DNA of 64,000 nt. It comes from Candidatus Giovannonibacteria bacterium RIFCSPLOWO2_02_FULL_43_54. GTDB taxonomy: Bacteria; Patescibacteriota; Minisyncoccia; UBA11713; 2-01-FULL-45-33. The position numbers and the translations under genes are program-made. The stretch is taken from the NCBI GenBank assembly GCA_001778875.1, contig MFIK01000041.1, positions 2,033 to 66,032 on the forward strand. The letters are read 5' to 3'. Below, in pieces: positions 10,106 through 19,024 of this stretch; position 1 is the stretch's first letter; every line of letters begins with the position of its first letter. The notes beneath the pieces are model-generated. The model searched no databases. It had not been told where the DNA came from and saw only the letters and a list, made by a program, of their open reading frames with translations.

Positions 10106-11632
10106 ATGGATTTTCTCACGCTCATCAAGGCGGCGGCGGCTTTATTAGTTGGTACGGCAGTTGGTTATTTTCTCCGTCAATTCATCGCGCTCAAACAAAA
10201 CGATTCGCTCGAACTCAAGGCTAAGCGAATTTTATTGGACGCCAAAGAATCCGCCCAGAAAGTTTTGGACGATGCCAAGTCGCGTGCCGAGAAGGTTTTG
10301 GAGGGGGCAAAGGACGAGCAAAAAGAGCGCGAACGCGACTTAAGAAGGCTGGAAGAAAGGATAACGCACAAAGACGAAACCCTGGAAAGGCGCTCGCAGG
10401 AGCTTGATAAGGAGACCAACGCGATAAAGGAAAAAGTCGAGAAATTGAGGGCGATGAAGGAGAATTTTGAGAAGATTGACGCGGAGAAGCGCCTTGAACT
10501 TGAGAAGGTCGCGAAACTGTCGACTGAGGAGGCAAAAGAAAAACTCATCACGGAAGTCGAGAAAAAATACGAATCAGATATTTTGGCCAGAGTCCAGAAG
10601 ATGGAAAGGTTCGGCCTGGAAGAGTTAGAAAGAAAGGCCCGTGATATTTTGGCCTCAACCATCCAGCGTATCGCGTCATCTACCGCGTCTGAAGTGACGG
10701 TTACTTCGGTTACTATTCCTTCGGATGATTTGAAAGGGAAAATTATCGGGAAAGAAGGCAGAAATATCCGCGCGCTTGAGCGCGCGGCCGGAGTAGAGAT
10801 AATTGTGGACGATACCCCGGGGGCGATATTAATTTCGAGCTTTGATCCTGTACGGAGGCAGATCGCAAGGGTTGCGCTGGAAAATTTGATTTTGGATGGC
10901 AGGATACAGCCTGCAAAGATAGAAGAAATGGTTGAGAAGGCAAAGACAGAAATTGAAAAAATTATCAAAGACGCCGGAGAAAAAGCCATTTACGAGATCG
11001 GCGTTTTTGACATAGATCCAAGACTCATCATGCTTTTGGGGAGATTGAAATTCAGGACATCCTACGGCCAAAATGTTCTTCAGCACTCGATTGAAATGGC
11101 TCATGTCGCGGGAATGCTGGCAAGCGAATTAAAAGCCGATGTAAATATTGCCAAAAAGGGATCCTTGCTCCATGACATAGGAAAAGCGGTTGATCACGAG
11201 ATCCAGGGAACGCACGTTGAGATTGGACGCCGAATTTTGCAGAAATTCAATGTGGATGTCCGCATCATTCAGGCAATGCAGTCGCACCATGAGGAATATC
11301 CTTATGAAACATTGGAATCCATTATCGTCCAGACCGCGGATGCGATTTCCGCATCACGTCCGGGTGCGCGAAGGGACTCGGTTGAAAATTATGTAAAGCG
11401 GCTGGAGGATCTCGAAGGCATCGCGACATCATTCAAAGGAGTTGAGAAAGCATATGCGATCCAGGCGGGACGCGAAATAAGAGTATTTGTTACTCCTGAA
11501 AACTTGTCCGATCTCGAAGCCAAAAAAATGGCCCGCGACATCGCGGACCGGATTGAGAACGAATTAAAATACCCCGGAGAGATCAAAGTGAATGTGATTC
11601 GGGAAATGCGTGCGATTGAATACGCGAGGTAG
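10106..11632 (+). CDS. rny: Ribonuclease Y
   Basis: TM, coiled coil, KH (IIGKEGRNIR) and HD (LLHDIGK) domains. Confidence 0.98.
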   Translation: MDFLTLIKAAAALLVGTAVGYFLRQFIALKQNDSLELKAKRILLDAKESAQKVLDDAKSRAEKVLEGAKDEQKERERDLRRLEERITHKDETLERRSQELDKETNAIKEKVEKLRAMKENFEKIDAEKRLELEKVAKLSTEEAKEKLITEVEKKYESDILARVQKMERFGLEELERKARDILASTIQRIASSTASEVTVTSVTIPSDDLKGKIIGKEGRNIRALERAAGVEIIVDDTPGAILISSFDPVRRQIARVALENLILDGRIQPAKIEEMVEKAKTEIEKIIKDAGEKAIYEIGVFDIDPRLIMLLGRLKFRTSYGQNVLQHSIEMAHVAGMLASELKADVNIAKKGSLLHDIGKAVDHEIQGTHVEIGRRILQKFNVDVRIIQAMQSHHEEYPYETLESIIVQTADAISASRPGARRDSVENYVKRLEDLEGIATSFKGVEKAYAIQAGREIRVFVTPENLSDLEAKKMARDIADRIENELKYPGEIKVNVIREMRAIEYAR

Positions 11633-11795
11633 AAAAAGTCTAAATAAAAAAATGGGAGCGAAAGAAAACTATCAACGCCACAAAAAGGGCACTTTATCAT
11701 TATACGCTCCTTAAAAAGTTATTATCTGATGTGAAACTAACATATTGTTTTGTGCTTGTAAATAGCAGTATAAAACGCTATGATGAAAAACTAAC

Positions 11796-12812
11796 ATGAA
11801 ACTTCTAATCTATGGGGACGTGGTCGGGAAACTTGGCAGAGAAGGTGTAAAACATACACTATCTTTTTGGCGTGAAAAATATTCTCCGGATGTTGTTATT
11901 GCGAACGTAGAAAATATAATGCATGGGAAAGGGATAGGCCCGGCGCAGATCCGGGAATTGCGCGACGCGGGCGTAAATATTTTTACCGGAGGGAATCATT
12001 CTGTTGAAGGAAAAGATGTTGAGAAAATTTTGAACGATGAAACCATTGCGATTACGCGCCCCGCTAACATGCGCGAAGATCTTCCCGGCAGGGGAGCGGT
12101 GCTTTACCAAATCCGAAACCAGAAATCCGACTCGCCTGCCGGACGGGCAGGAATCCGAAACGAAGGTAGGGTTTCACTCGAAAGCGAAACAGCTGAGTCG
12201 AAGGCAGAGGTTTTTCAAGACTTTTCGCAGTCCCGCCACGGCGGGACGAGACTTAGCAATTCGCCAGCAGGCGAATATGCGGGTCTTGAAAAATCTGCTG
12301 CCGAGACGAAGCTTCTTGTCATCAACCTCATCGGGCAGGTTTTCATGCATCAGGAATATGCCTCCCCTTTTATCGCGATAGACAAAATTTTGGAAGAGTA
12401 CAAGGGAAAAACACCGTTCATTATTTTAGACTGGCACGCGGACGCAACGTCCGAAAAAACTATCATGGGAAGGTATTTGGACGGAAAAGTTTCCGCCGTA
12501 TTCGGAACGCATACTCACGTACCGACCGCGGACGCGAAAATTTTACCCAAGGGTACGGCATATATTTCCGACATAGGAATGGTCGGCCCTTATGAGTCAA
12601 TTATCGGCGTTGAAATTGAACCATCAATCGAAAGATTCGTAAAAAACATCAAGACTCCGAAAAATCCGGTTGAAACCGGACCTATAGAAGTGAACGCGAT
12701 TTTGCTGGAGTTGAGTGATGGAATTAGCAAACCAGCCTCCGCTAAAGCTACGGCGGGTAAAGCTGTGGATATCAGGCATTTGCGGGAAATCGTTACAGAG
12801 TATAAAATTTGA
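11796..12812 (+). CDS. ymdB: YmdB-family metallophosphoesterase with a ~65-aa internal insertion
   Basis: GDVVG, NVEN, GNH, DWHA..TSEK, GTHTH, DIGMVGP motifs; rny-ymdB synteny. Confidence 0.93.
   Translation: MKLLIYGDVVGKLGREGVKHTLSFWREKYSPDVVIANVENIMHGKGIGPAQIRELRDAGVNIFTGGNHSVEGKDVEKILNDETIAITRPANMREDLPGRGAVLYQIRNQKSDSPAGRAGIRNEGRVSLESETAESKAEVFQDFSQSRHGGTRLSNSPAGEYAGLEKSAAETKLLVINLIGQVFMHQEYASPFIAIDKILEEYKGKTPFIILDWHADATSEKTIMGRYLDGKVSAVFGTHTHVPTADAKILPKGTAYISDIGMVGPYESIIGVEIEPSIERFVKNIKTPKNPVETGPIEVNAILLELSDGISKPASAKATAGKAVDIRHLREIVTEYKI
12109..12305. repeat. Composite palindromic element inserted in frame in ymdB
   Basis: AATCCGA repeats around CTCGCCTGCCGGACGGGCAGG, then an outer IR TTTTTCAAGAC/GTCTTGAAAAA enclosing hairpins GTCCCGCCACGGCGGGAC and ATTCGCCAGCAGGCGAAT. 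Confidence 0.75.
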
Positions 12813-12837
12813 GCATTACTAATAATTATTAAAAACA

Positions 12838-13128
12838 ATGAATAAAGCGGAGTTAGGAGAGAAACTGCACGAAATGCACGCCAAGAAAGGCGTTGACGTT
12901 TCGAAAAAACACGCGGATGAAGTAGTCGATTTTATTTTCGACACCATTACAAGCTGTCTTAAAAAAGGAGACGAAGTTTCCATCGCCGGTTTCGGCGCTT
13001 TCATTGTGAAGCAGCGCAAGGCCCGCACTGCGAGAAACCCGAGAACCGGAGAAATGGTCCAGGTTCCCGCGACCACAGTCCCCCGCTTTAAGGCCGGGAA
13101 AGCCTTGAAAGAGGCGGTGAAAGCTTAG
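12838..13128 (+). CDS. hup: DNA-binding protein HU
   Basis: MNKAEL, GFGAF, ARNPRTGE, PRFKAGKALKEAV. Confidence 0.97.
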   Translation: MNKAELGEKLHEMHAKKGVDVSKKHADEVVDFIFDTITSCLKKGDEVSIAGFGAFIVKQRKARTARNPRTGEMVQVPATTVPRFKAGKALKEAVKA

Positions 13129-13133
13129 CTTTC

Positions 13134-13171
13134 ATCCCGCCATTGGCGGGGATCATTGCTAAAGCAATGAA
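13134..13171. repeat. REP-like CCCGCC..GGCGGG hairpin plus a second hairpin after hup
   Basis: ATCCCGCCATTGGCGGGGAT then TCATTGCTAAAGCAATGA; similar cores at 12230, 38242 and 60428. Confidence 0.6.
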
Positions 13172-13223
13172 TAGACATTAATTCAAATTATGCTAAGATG
13201 CCACCAGACTTTCTGGGGGCATT

Positions 13224-13775
13224 TTGCTCTTAAAATTTGCCGTATTTATAAAAAACTGGTTTGGCACGTTTATAAAAAACCTGCTGATTTTGGCGATAAC
13301 ATATAAATTTTTCTTATGGCTTTACGGGATAGTATATGATTTTGTCATGCAAACGCACGCGCTCTTTGTGAGGTTTTCCGCATTCAATGATTTTGTATTT
13401 GTTGTGATGGCGGTCATTGTGGCCACAATAACTGTTTTGCTGGGGCTTTACCCGGTTACCAGATTTTGGATATTTAGGCTGAAGAAAGTAGCGGATGAGC
13501 AATCATATTTTCCGATAAAATGCCCGGCAGAAGGCGGAGGATGGATGTACGGATTTTCCAATCACAATTATTTGAGCGGCGGAGAAAGACTATACGATGC
13601 GGTCGTTTTTTGGGGAGGTTTCTCAAGAAAATTTGGCCTCAAAGCAAGCGAATTTAAACGGTTAAACATGACTATTCCTGAAGTAATTATGCTTGCTTAT
13701 GTTACACCGTGGATACCATTCCTCACAAAAGTTTTACCGCACGACGAAGAAAAACAAAACTCTGCCGAAAAGTAG
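13224..13775 (+). CDS. Hypothetical membrane protein
   Basis: 183 aa with two N-terminal hydrophobic segments. Confidence 0.6.
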   Translation: MLLKFAVFIKNWFGTFIKNLLILAITYKFFLWLYGIVYDFVMQTHALFVRFSAFNDFVFVVMAVIVATITVLLGLYPVTRFWIFRLKKVADEQSYFPIKCPAEGGGWMYGFSNHNYLSGGERLYDAVVFWGGFSRKFGLKASEFKRLNMTIPEVIMLAYVTPWIPFLTKVLPHDEEKQNSAEK

Positions 13776-13788
13776 AGTTTTTATTTTG

Positions 13789-13860
13789 TGCGAGCGGCGG
13801 GAGTCGGACCCGCGTCTGCTGCTTGGAAGGCAGCCATAATAGCCGTTATACTACGCTCGC
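13789..13860 (-). tRNA. tRNA-Gly(TCC)
   Basis: The reverse complement folds as a cloverleaf: acceptor GCGAGCG/CGCTCGC, anticodon loop CTTCCAA, T-arm GCGGG-TCCGACT-CCCGC. Confidence 0.93.
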
Positions 13861-13879
13861 AAGATTATATTATGCTCTG

Positions 13880-13953
13880 TGGTCGGGGTGCCGAGAATCG
13901 GACTCGGCCTTCGTGCTCCCAAAGCACGCGTACTACCAATATACTACACCCCG
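13880..13953 (-). tRNA. tRNA-Pro(TGG) with encoded CCA
   Basis: Acceptor CGGGGTG/CACCCCG-ACCA, anticodon loop TTTGGGA, T-arm CCGAG-TCCGATT-CTCGG. Confidence 0.95.
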
Positions 13954-13989
13954 CTCTTAACAAAATACTAGCTTTTTTAGGCGCAAAAT

Positions 13990-14023
13990 AAAAGCCCCGA
14001 TCCTTATCAATAGGGTCAGGGGT
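13990..14023 (-). terminator. Intrinsic terminator after the ammonia-lyase gene, abutting the tRNA promoter
   Basis: GC hairpin CCCCGATCC..GGGTCAGGGG followed by a T-run on the minus strand. Confidence 0.6.
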
Positions 14024-14033
14024 TATTAAAATT

Positions 14034-15512
14034 TTACAATTCTTGGCGGTAAAGCATTCCTTCCAGTTTACGGAGATCGGAATGAAGTGAGCGGTCTTTG
14101 TCTATGAACGGAATATTCACGGCAAGATTTTCAAAAAAGTTTCTTGTCGGAGGCGAGAGTTTGTCCTCGATCTTCAGCAATGAAACGGCTTGTCTTGTGG
14201 TAATCGCTAGCGCGGCGATAATGGTCCGCAACAAATCATTCATCCGCGTGGCGGAAAGCGCGCTGTTCATCCCCATGCTGACAATATCCTGATTACTAGC
14301 CTCGCCATCGCTCATCGTAAACAGCGATTCCGCAATTGCCTCTTTGCACAGGGAATTATAGACCGATTCTATCGAAAGCCCCGTAAGCCCTTGTAAGCCG
14401 TTGTGTAAACTATCGTTTCCCGCAACCAAATACATCGGCAATGTGTCGTGATTCAGCTTCGAATCGGTCGTACTTCTGATGTATGCACGGGCGATTTCTC
14501 CGGTTCTTTTCATTGAAAGCTTGAGGCAATTCATCGCATCCGCGACGTAAGACCCGTCAAAATGCCCGCCATGCCCTATATCGTTTCCTATGATGACTGG
14601 GTTATCGGAAACGCTGTTTAATTCATCTTCAACCATATGCGCCGAATCTCTGATTCTATGCACAATTGGCCCCAAAATTTGCGGCAGGCATCTTAAAGAA
14701 TATCTGTCCTGAATCGGATCGGTTTCTTTCAGCTCTGTCGGCGACAGATTTATCACGTCTTCAATCTTTCTCAAAGATTTGCTGCCTTCCAGGGCGCGCG
14801 TGAAAATTTCCGCAATCTCCCTTTGCTCTTTGTGCTTCTTTAGCAAGTGAAGTTTTTTAGCAAAAACATTTTCGATACCTCTGTGGCACTGGAACAAAAT
14901 TGCAATCAGTTCCTGTAATATGCTTAGGATATAAGTAAAATCTATCAAAGCCAGAGCGGAAATGCCTGTCATAAAATGGGTGCCGTTCACAAGAGCCAAC
15001 CCTTCTCTTCCTTCAAGCACAAGTTTTTCCATAAATTGCATCGGGATATAGGAAGAAGGCACAAGATCTCCGCTGTTTCCGATGGATCCAAGCGACGGAA
15101 TTTCAGGAATAGAATTCTGATTGAGCATGTCGGTCAAAACGTCTAAAATTTCCATTCTTACGCCGGAATGTCCCTGTCCCAAAACCAAAAGACGCACGAA
15201 TATCGCTGCGCGAACCTGATCTGCTACAAGATTCGGCCCCGACCCGCAATTTAAGGAAAATACCAAATTCCTCTGCTTCTCTTTGTCTTTTTCGGGCGGA
15301 ACATAAAACCGGACCCGCTCACCGTACCCGGTGCCGTCACCGTAAATAATCTTTACTACGCGCATGCGCATATAATTCGCATGGGCTGTGTATATTTTTT
15401 GAGCGCGCGCTCCGTCTTTTTTTAGAAGGATTTTTTCCAATTTTCTAGCCACATCAAAAACATCAAGCAAAGAAATGCGGCCGGCCGGAGGAACGATCAT
15501 TGAAGACTCCAT
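14034..15512 (-). CDS. MIO-family aromatic amino-acid ammonia-lyase/aminomutase (HAL/PAL/TAL superfamily)
   Basis: IYGDGTGYG, GSIGNSGDL (MIO position), GLALVNGT, QDRYSLRCLPQ, ELNSVSDNP, NQDIVSMG. Confidence 0.9.
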   Translation of the reverse strand: MESSMIVPPAGRISLLDVFDVARKLEKILLKKDGARAQKIYTAHANYMRMRVVKIIYGDGTGYGERVRFYVPPEKDKEKQRNLVFSLNCGSGPNLVADQVRAAIFVRLLVLGQGHSGVRMEILDVLTDMLNQNSIPEIPSLGSIGNSGDLVPSSYIPMQFMEKLVLEGREGLALVNGTHFMTGISALALIDFTYILSILQELIAILFQCHRGIENVFAKKLHLLKKHKEQREIAEIFTRALEGSKSLRKIEDVINLSPTELKETDPIQDRYSLRCLPQILGPIVHRIRDSAHMVEDELNSVSDNPVIIGNDIGHGGHFDGSYVADAMNCLKLSMKRTGEIARAYIRSTTDSKLNHDTLPMYLVAGNDSLHNGLQGLTGLSIESVYNSLCKEAIAESLFTMSDGEASNQDIVSMGMNSALSATRMNDLLRTIIAALAITTRQAVSLLKIEDKLSPPTRNFFENLAVNIPFIDKDRSLHSDLRKLEGMLYRQEL

Positions 15513-15583
15513 AAGTCTATCTCCAGATTACTTGTCAAAATATCTGCTTTGACTATACTACCGGTAGGAGGAATTGCAATCCT

Positions 15584-17071
15584 ATGGAACCCTTGACAAT
15601 TTGGGAAACTTTTGAGAGAAGTAAAAGTTTTTTTTCCGATAAAACCGCGATACTTTTTGTTAACGCAGAAGGCAAAGAAGAGGCATATTCTTACCACAAA
15701 CTTTCTTATGATACAGAAGTTTTTGCGCGTGGCTTAAAAGAGAGCGGTATAGGCAAGGGAGATAATGTTTGTCTGTGTTTGTCCAATTCCCCGCTTATGA
15801 TAACAGCTTATCTGGCCCTATCTAAATTGGGAGCGGTATCGGTGTTGATTAATCCGGTCTTGCCCAAAAACCGCGTTAAGAAAATCGTTGAAGATGTTTC
15901 CGCCAAATTACTGATAGACCAAAATGGAGCAGGAGAAGTATTTTCTAAAGCGCATTCTCTCGTGGCTTTGACTTGCGGCGCGACGAAAGCGGATTGCGGT
16001 CCGTTGGACACCGCGGCTATCCTTTATTCTTCGGGAACAACCGGCGAACAAAAAGGCGCCGAGCTTACGGTAAGCAATATTCACAGCAATATCAGCTACA
16101 CAAGCGCGCTTACAGGAATGACCCCCGAAGACAGAATGATTTGTTTTCTTCCTCTTACCCATTGCTTCGGGCTCAATTTTATTTTGGGAGCTTGCTTGTA
16201 TACCGGCGCTACTTTGGTGCTCCACGAAAAATTCGATTTGTCGCTGGTTTTGGATTCGCTCGTCAAAAATAAAGTCACCATGTTTTTCGCGGTTCCGCAG
16301 ATTTACAACATGATGCTGAAACAAAAGATTGGTCCGTTTTATTTTTCTTCCGTCAGATACTTTTTCTACGCCGCGGATTCAATGTCCGTCGATTCAATTC
16401 TGGCGTGGGAACAAGAATATGGCAGGAAAATTTATACAGGCTGGGGGCTTACGGAAACCTCACCTTTTGCAACTTCAAATCACGAAGTAATCTATAAGCT
16501 TGGCAGCGTCGGCAAGCAGATTCCCGGAGTTGATGTGAAAGTTGTTGATGAACACAGCGCCGAGTTAAAGATGAAAAAAGCGACAGATATCGAAAACAAG
16601 AGCGGTTTCTTTGGTGAAATATGCGTAAAAGGGCATAACGTGATGAAAGGTTATTGGAACCGTCCGCAAGAAACGGCGGAGGCCATTGATCGCGAAGTAT
16701 GGTTTCACACAGGAGACATCGGGTATATTGATCATGAAGGGTATCTTTTCATCGTTGACCGCCTGAAAGACATGATTAATGTCGGCGGTGAAAAAGCATG
16801 GCCCGCGGAAATTGAAAAGATAATTTTACAGCACCCGGAAGTGGCCGAAGTCGGAGTTGTTGGCGTACCCAATGAAAAAATGGGAGAGGTGCCGAAAGCT
16901 TTCGTGGTCGCCAAAAATCCTGCATTAACCGCGGAAGAAATACATTTTTTTCTGAATCATCCAGAGCCGCAATTATCCAAGCACGAATTCCCGCGTGAGA
17001 TCGAATTCATAGACAAGCTCCCGCGCAATCCGTCAGGAAAAATTTTGCGGAGAGAGTTAAGGGGCAAGTAG
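15584..17071 (+). CDS. AMP-forming acyl/aryl-CoA ligase
   Basis: YSSGTTGEQKG, GWGLTET, FHTGDIG, DRLKDMI, PRNPSGKILRR; AGGAGG SD; divergent from the ammonia-lyase. Confidence 0.93.
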   Translation: MEPLTIWETFERSKSFFSDKTAILFVNAEGKEEAYSYHKLSYDTEVFARGLKESGIGKGDNVCLCLSNSPLMITAYLALSKLGAVSVLINPVLPKNRVKKIVEDVSAKLLIDQNGAGEVFSKAHSLVALTCGATKADCGPLDTAAILYSSGTTGEQKGAELTVSNIHSNISYTSALTGMTPEDRMICFLPLTHCFGLNFILGACLYTGATLVLHEKFDLSLVLDSLVKNKVTMFFAVPQIYNMMLKQKIGPFYFSSVRYFFYAADSMSVDSILAWEQEYGRKIYTGWGLTETSPFATSNHEVIYKLGSVGKQIPGVDVKVVDEHSAELKMKKATDIENKSGFFGEICVKGHNVMKGYWNRPQETAEAIDREVWFHTGDIGYIDHEGYLFIVDRLKDMINVGGEKAWPAEIEKIILQHPEVAEVGVVGVPNEKMGEVPKAFVVAKNPALTAEEIHFFLNHPEPQLSKHEFPREIEFIDKLPRNPSGKILRRELRGK

Positions 17072-17102
17072 CCCCTTTTTGTTATATTGTTATAATGAAA
17101 TT

Positions 17103-17510
17103 ATGAAAATCATCAAGATCATTTTTATAGTAATTGCTTTTTTGATAGCCGCATTGGTTGCTTTTTGGCGTTTTGCTCCGACTCGGATGATAGAAAAAGC
17201 AGCTGACAACATCGGATCTGCGGCAACCACACTTTGCCAATATCCGGTCAGGGTTAGTGGCGATGCAATGATGCCTATTTTCCAAAATGGGCAACTAGCC
17301 ATATTTTCTAAATGCATAGAAGACCGTAACAATATCGCGCCTGATGCTATAATTTTATATGAACGACCGGGAGGAACATTGCGCATTTCAGTAGTCCGCG
17401 AGCAAATCAGAGACACGAACGGCATTATGTACCGCGTTTCACAAGAAGCGCGCCAAAATGAAATTGACGAAACGCGTTCTGACAGAATCGTCGCGATTTA
17501 TAATAAATAA
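17103..17510 (+). CDS. Signal-peptidase (S24/S26)-like membrane protein, probably inactive
   Basis: TM followed by VRVSGDAMMP, where the family has VxGxSMxP; TGTTATAAT promoter just upstream. Confidence 0.55.
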   Translation: MKIIKIIFIVIAFLIAALVAFWRFAPTRMIEKAADNIGSAATTLCQYPVRVSGDAMMPIFQNGQLAIFSKCIEDRNNIAPDAIILYERPGGTLRISVVREQIRDTNGIMYRVSQEARQNEIDETRSDRIVAIYNK

Positions 17511-17526
17511 ACGGGATAAATTAGCA

Positions 17527-18594
17527 ATGGATCAGAAATTAGGTCTTATGCCAATAGCGCTCTTAATTTTAGTTCTCGCTGTTCTAGGAGTTGGCGGTGC
17601 GACCCTCTTTTATCCTAAAAAGCGCGTGTTTGCGCCACCGCAAATTTTTCAAGAGCAACAAGAAAAAACGAACACGTACCCAAACCAACTTGAAAATAAT
17701 ATTACCGCGCCAACGCCTTCTACGGCTCCAGCCGCAAAACCATCTGAAAATCAGCCAAGCAAACCAAAACCGTTGCCGCCTCTACCGCCAAAACCCGCAA
17801 CACCAAATTCTCTGACGCCAACTCCAAATCCCTCGACGCCAAGCGTGCCGGCTTATACACTCGTGGCGCATACAGGTGAAGTATTTGGCGCCAAAATTCC
17901 GCGTGGCTGGCGGGTAGAATCAAACCAAAGCGGGATAGATATTATTGATCCCGCCGACGCGGACACAGGAGTATCCGGAGTAGTCGCTGTAGGCTGGTTC
18001 GGCACTCAAACGCCGGACGGCTTCATTGATTTTTTGCTTCAATCCATAGGAGCATCAAATATTAAAACCGAAAACGAATCTACCGAGGCGGTTTACAATG
18101 ATCAGTCAACCGGTCTTCCTTGGGTTGTAAAAACCAGAACATTTACTTTTGTAAAAGGTGGAAAGACGCTGAAAGCCAAAGCAAGCGCCGGCGTTATGAA
18201 TGGTTACGGCCAATATATTGCCTTGATGACAGCATTCCAAACAACGCCGGAAAAATGGAGCCAATGGGCGCCGACACTTGAACGCATCGCGAAATCAATC
18301 ACTATAATCAACCCATCTATGGCCGGAGGTGCACACACCGTTCGTCTTCCTACAGCAGCAGACCTCGCAAACGATTCATCGCCACTGATGGAAGCGTGGG
18401 AATACCGAAATCGCTCGGAAGCGCAAACGTCTCACGAGTTTTCCGATGCTATCATGGGACAGGAAACCGATTTGATTTCTCCTTCGACCGGTCAAATCTA
18501 TACAGTGCCTTTTAGCGCGTATGACCCGACTAAAGGCGGATATCATAACCCAAATAATTACGGTGAAATCCTTGTTGATCCGTATCAGAAATAA
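17527..18594 (+). CDS. Membrane-anchored surface protein with a Pro/Thr-rich linker
   Basis: QKLGLMPIALLILVLAVLGVGG anchor, Pro-rich stalk, PsbP-like IPRGWRV. Confidence 0.7.
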   Translation: MDQKLGLMPIALLILVLAVLGVGGATLFYPKKRVFAPPQIFQEQQEKTNTYPNQLENNITAPTPSTAPAAKPSENQPSKPKPLPPLPPKPATPNSLTPTPNPSTPSVPAYTLVAHTGEVFGAKIPRGWRVESNQSGIDIIDPADADTGVSGVVAVGWFGTQTPDGFIDFLLQSIGASNIKTENESTEAVYNDQSTGLPWVVKTRTFTFVKGGKTLKAKASAGVMNGYGQYIALMTAFQTTPEKWSQWAPTLERIAKSITIINPSMAGGAHTVRLPTAADLANDSSPLMEAWEYRNRSEAQTSHEFSDAIMGQETDLISPSTGQIYTVPFSAYDPTKGGYHNPNNYGEILVDPYQK

Positions 18595-18595
18595 A

Positions 18596-18624
18596 AAAAT
18601 TGACGATCCGGGATCGTCAATTTT
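18596..18624. terminator. Bidirectional terminator
   Basis: AAAATTGACGATCC-G-GGATCGTCAATTTT between convergent genes. Confidence 0.75.
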
Positions 18625-19024
18625 GAATACGTTTCTTGCTTATCCATGCCGGAGTACGGCAATTTTCAATTTGATCTTTCGGATGTCCGGTATAAGGTTT
18701 TATATCAAGCACAGGGCTTCCTTTATACGCATCAATGCCGTCGATTTTTAAAAAATTTCCATGGCGCCTGATTAATTTCACAATGCTTAATCCTATCGGA
18801 TTCGGGCGATATGGCATGCGCGTAGCGAGCACTCCCTTTAATTGATTTATATTACACGGCTTTGCTCTTTTCATCCAACGTTTTTCCGGAGTCACTTCGT
18901 GCATCCAGTATAAAACGATGATATGTGAAAATCCGCTTATGCCGTCAAGCGCCTCATTCCATTCATGCGCAACCTCGATCGTCGACTTATCAAGAACAAC
19001 GCCTATCGGTTTCAAAGATATCAT
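18617..19024 (-). CDS. TsaA/TrmO-like SAM-binding protein (short form)
   Basis: FSHIIVLYWMH, GVLATRMPYRPNPIGLS, GSPVLDIKPY; its ATG overlaps the SDR stop. Confidence 0.85.
   Translation of the reverse strand: MISLKPIGVVLDKSTIEVAHEWNEALDGISGFSHIIVLYWMHEVTPEKRWMKRAKPCNINQLKGVLATRMPYRPNPIGLSIVKLIRRHGNFLKIDGIDAYKGSPVLDIKPYTGHPKDQIENCRTPAWISKKRIQN

Noticed and set aside
14034-15512. Ordinary histidase hutH
   Set aside because: Lacks the HAL Ser-His specificity pair and no hutU/I/G genes are present.
17700-17860. Pro/Thr-rich low-complexity stretch as a DNA tandem repeat
   Set aside because: No exact nucleotide periodicity; explained as a protein linker.
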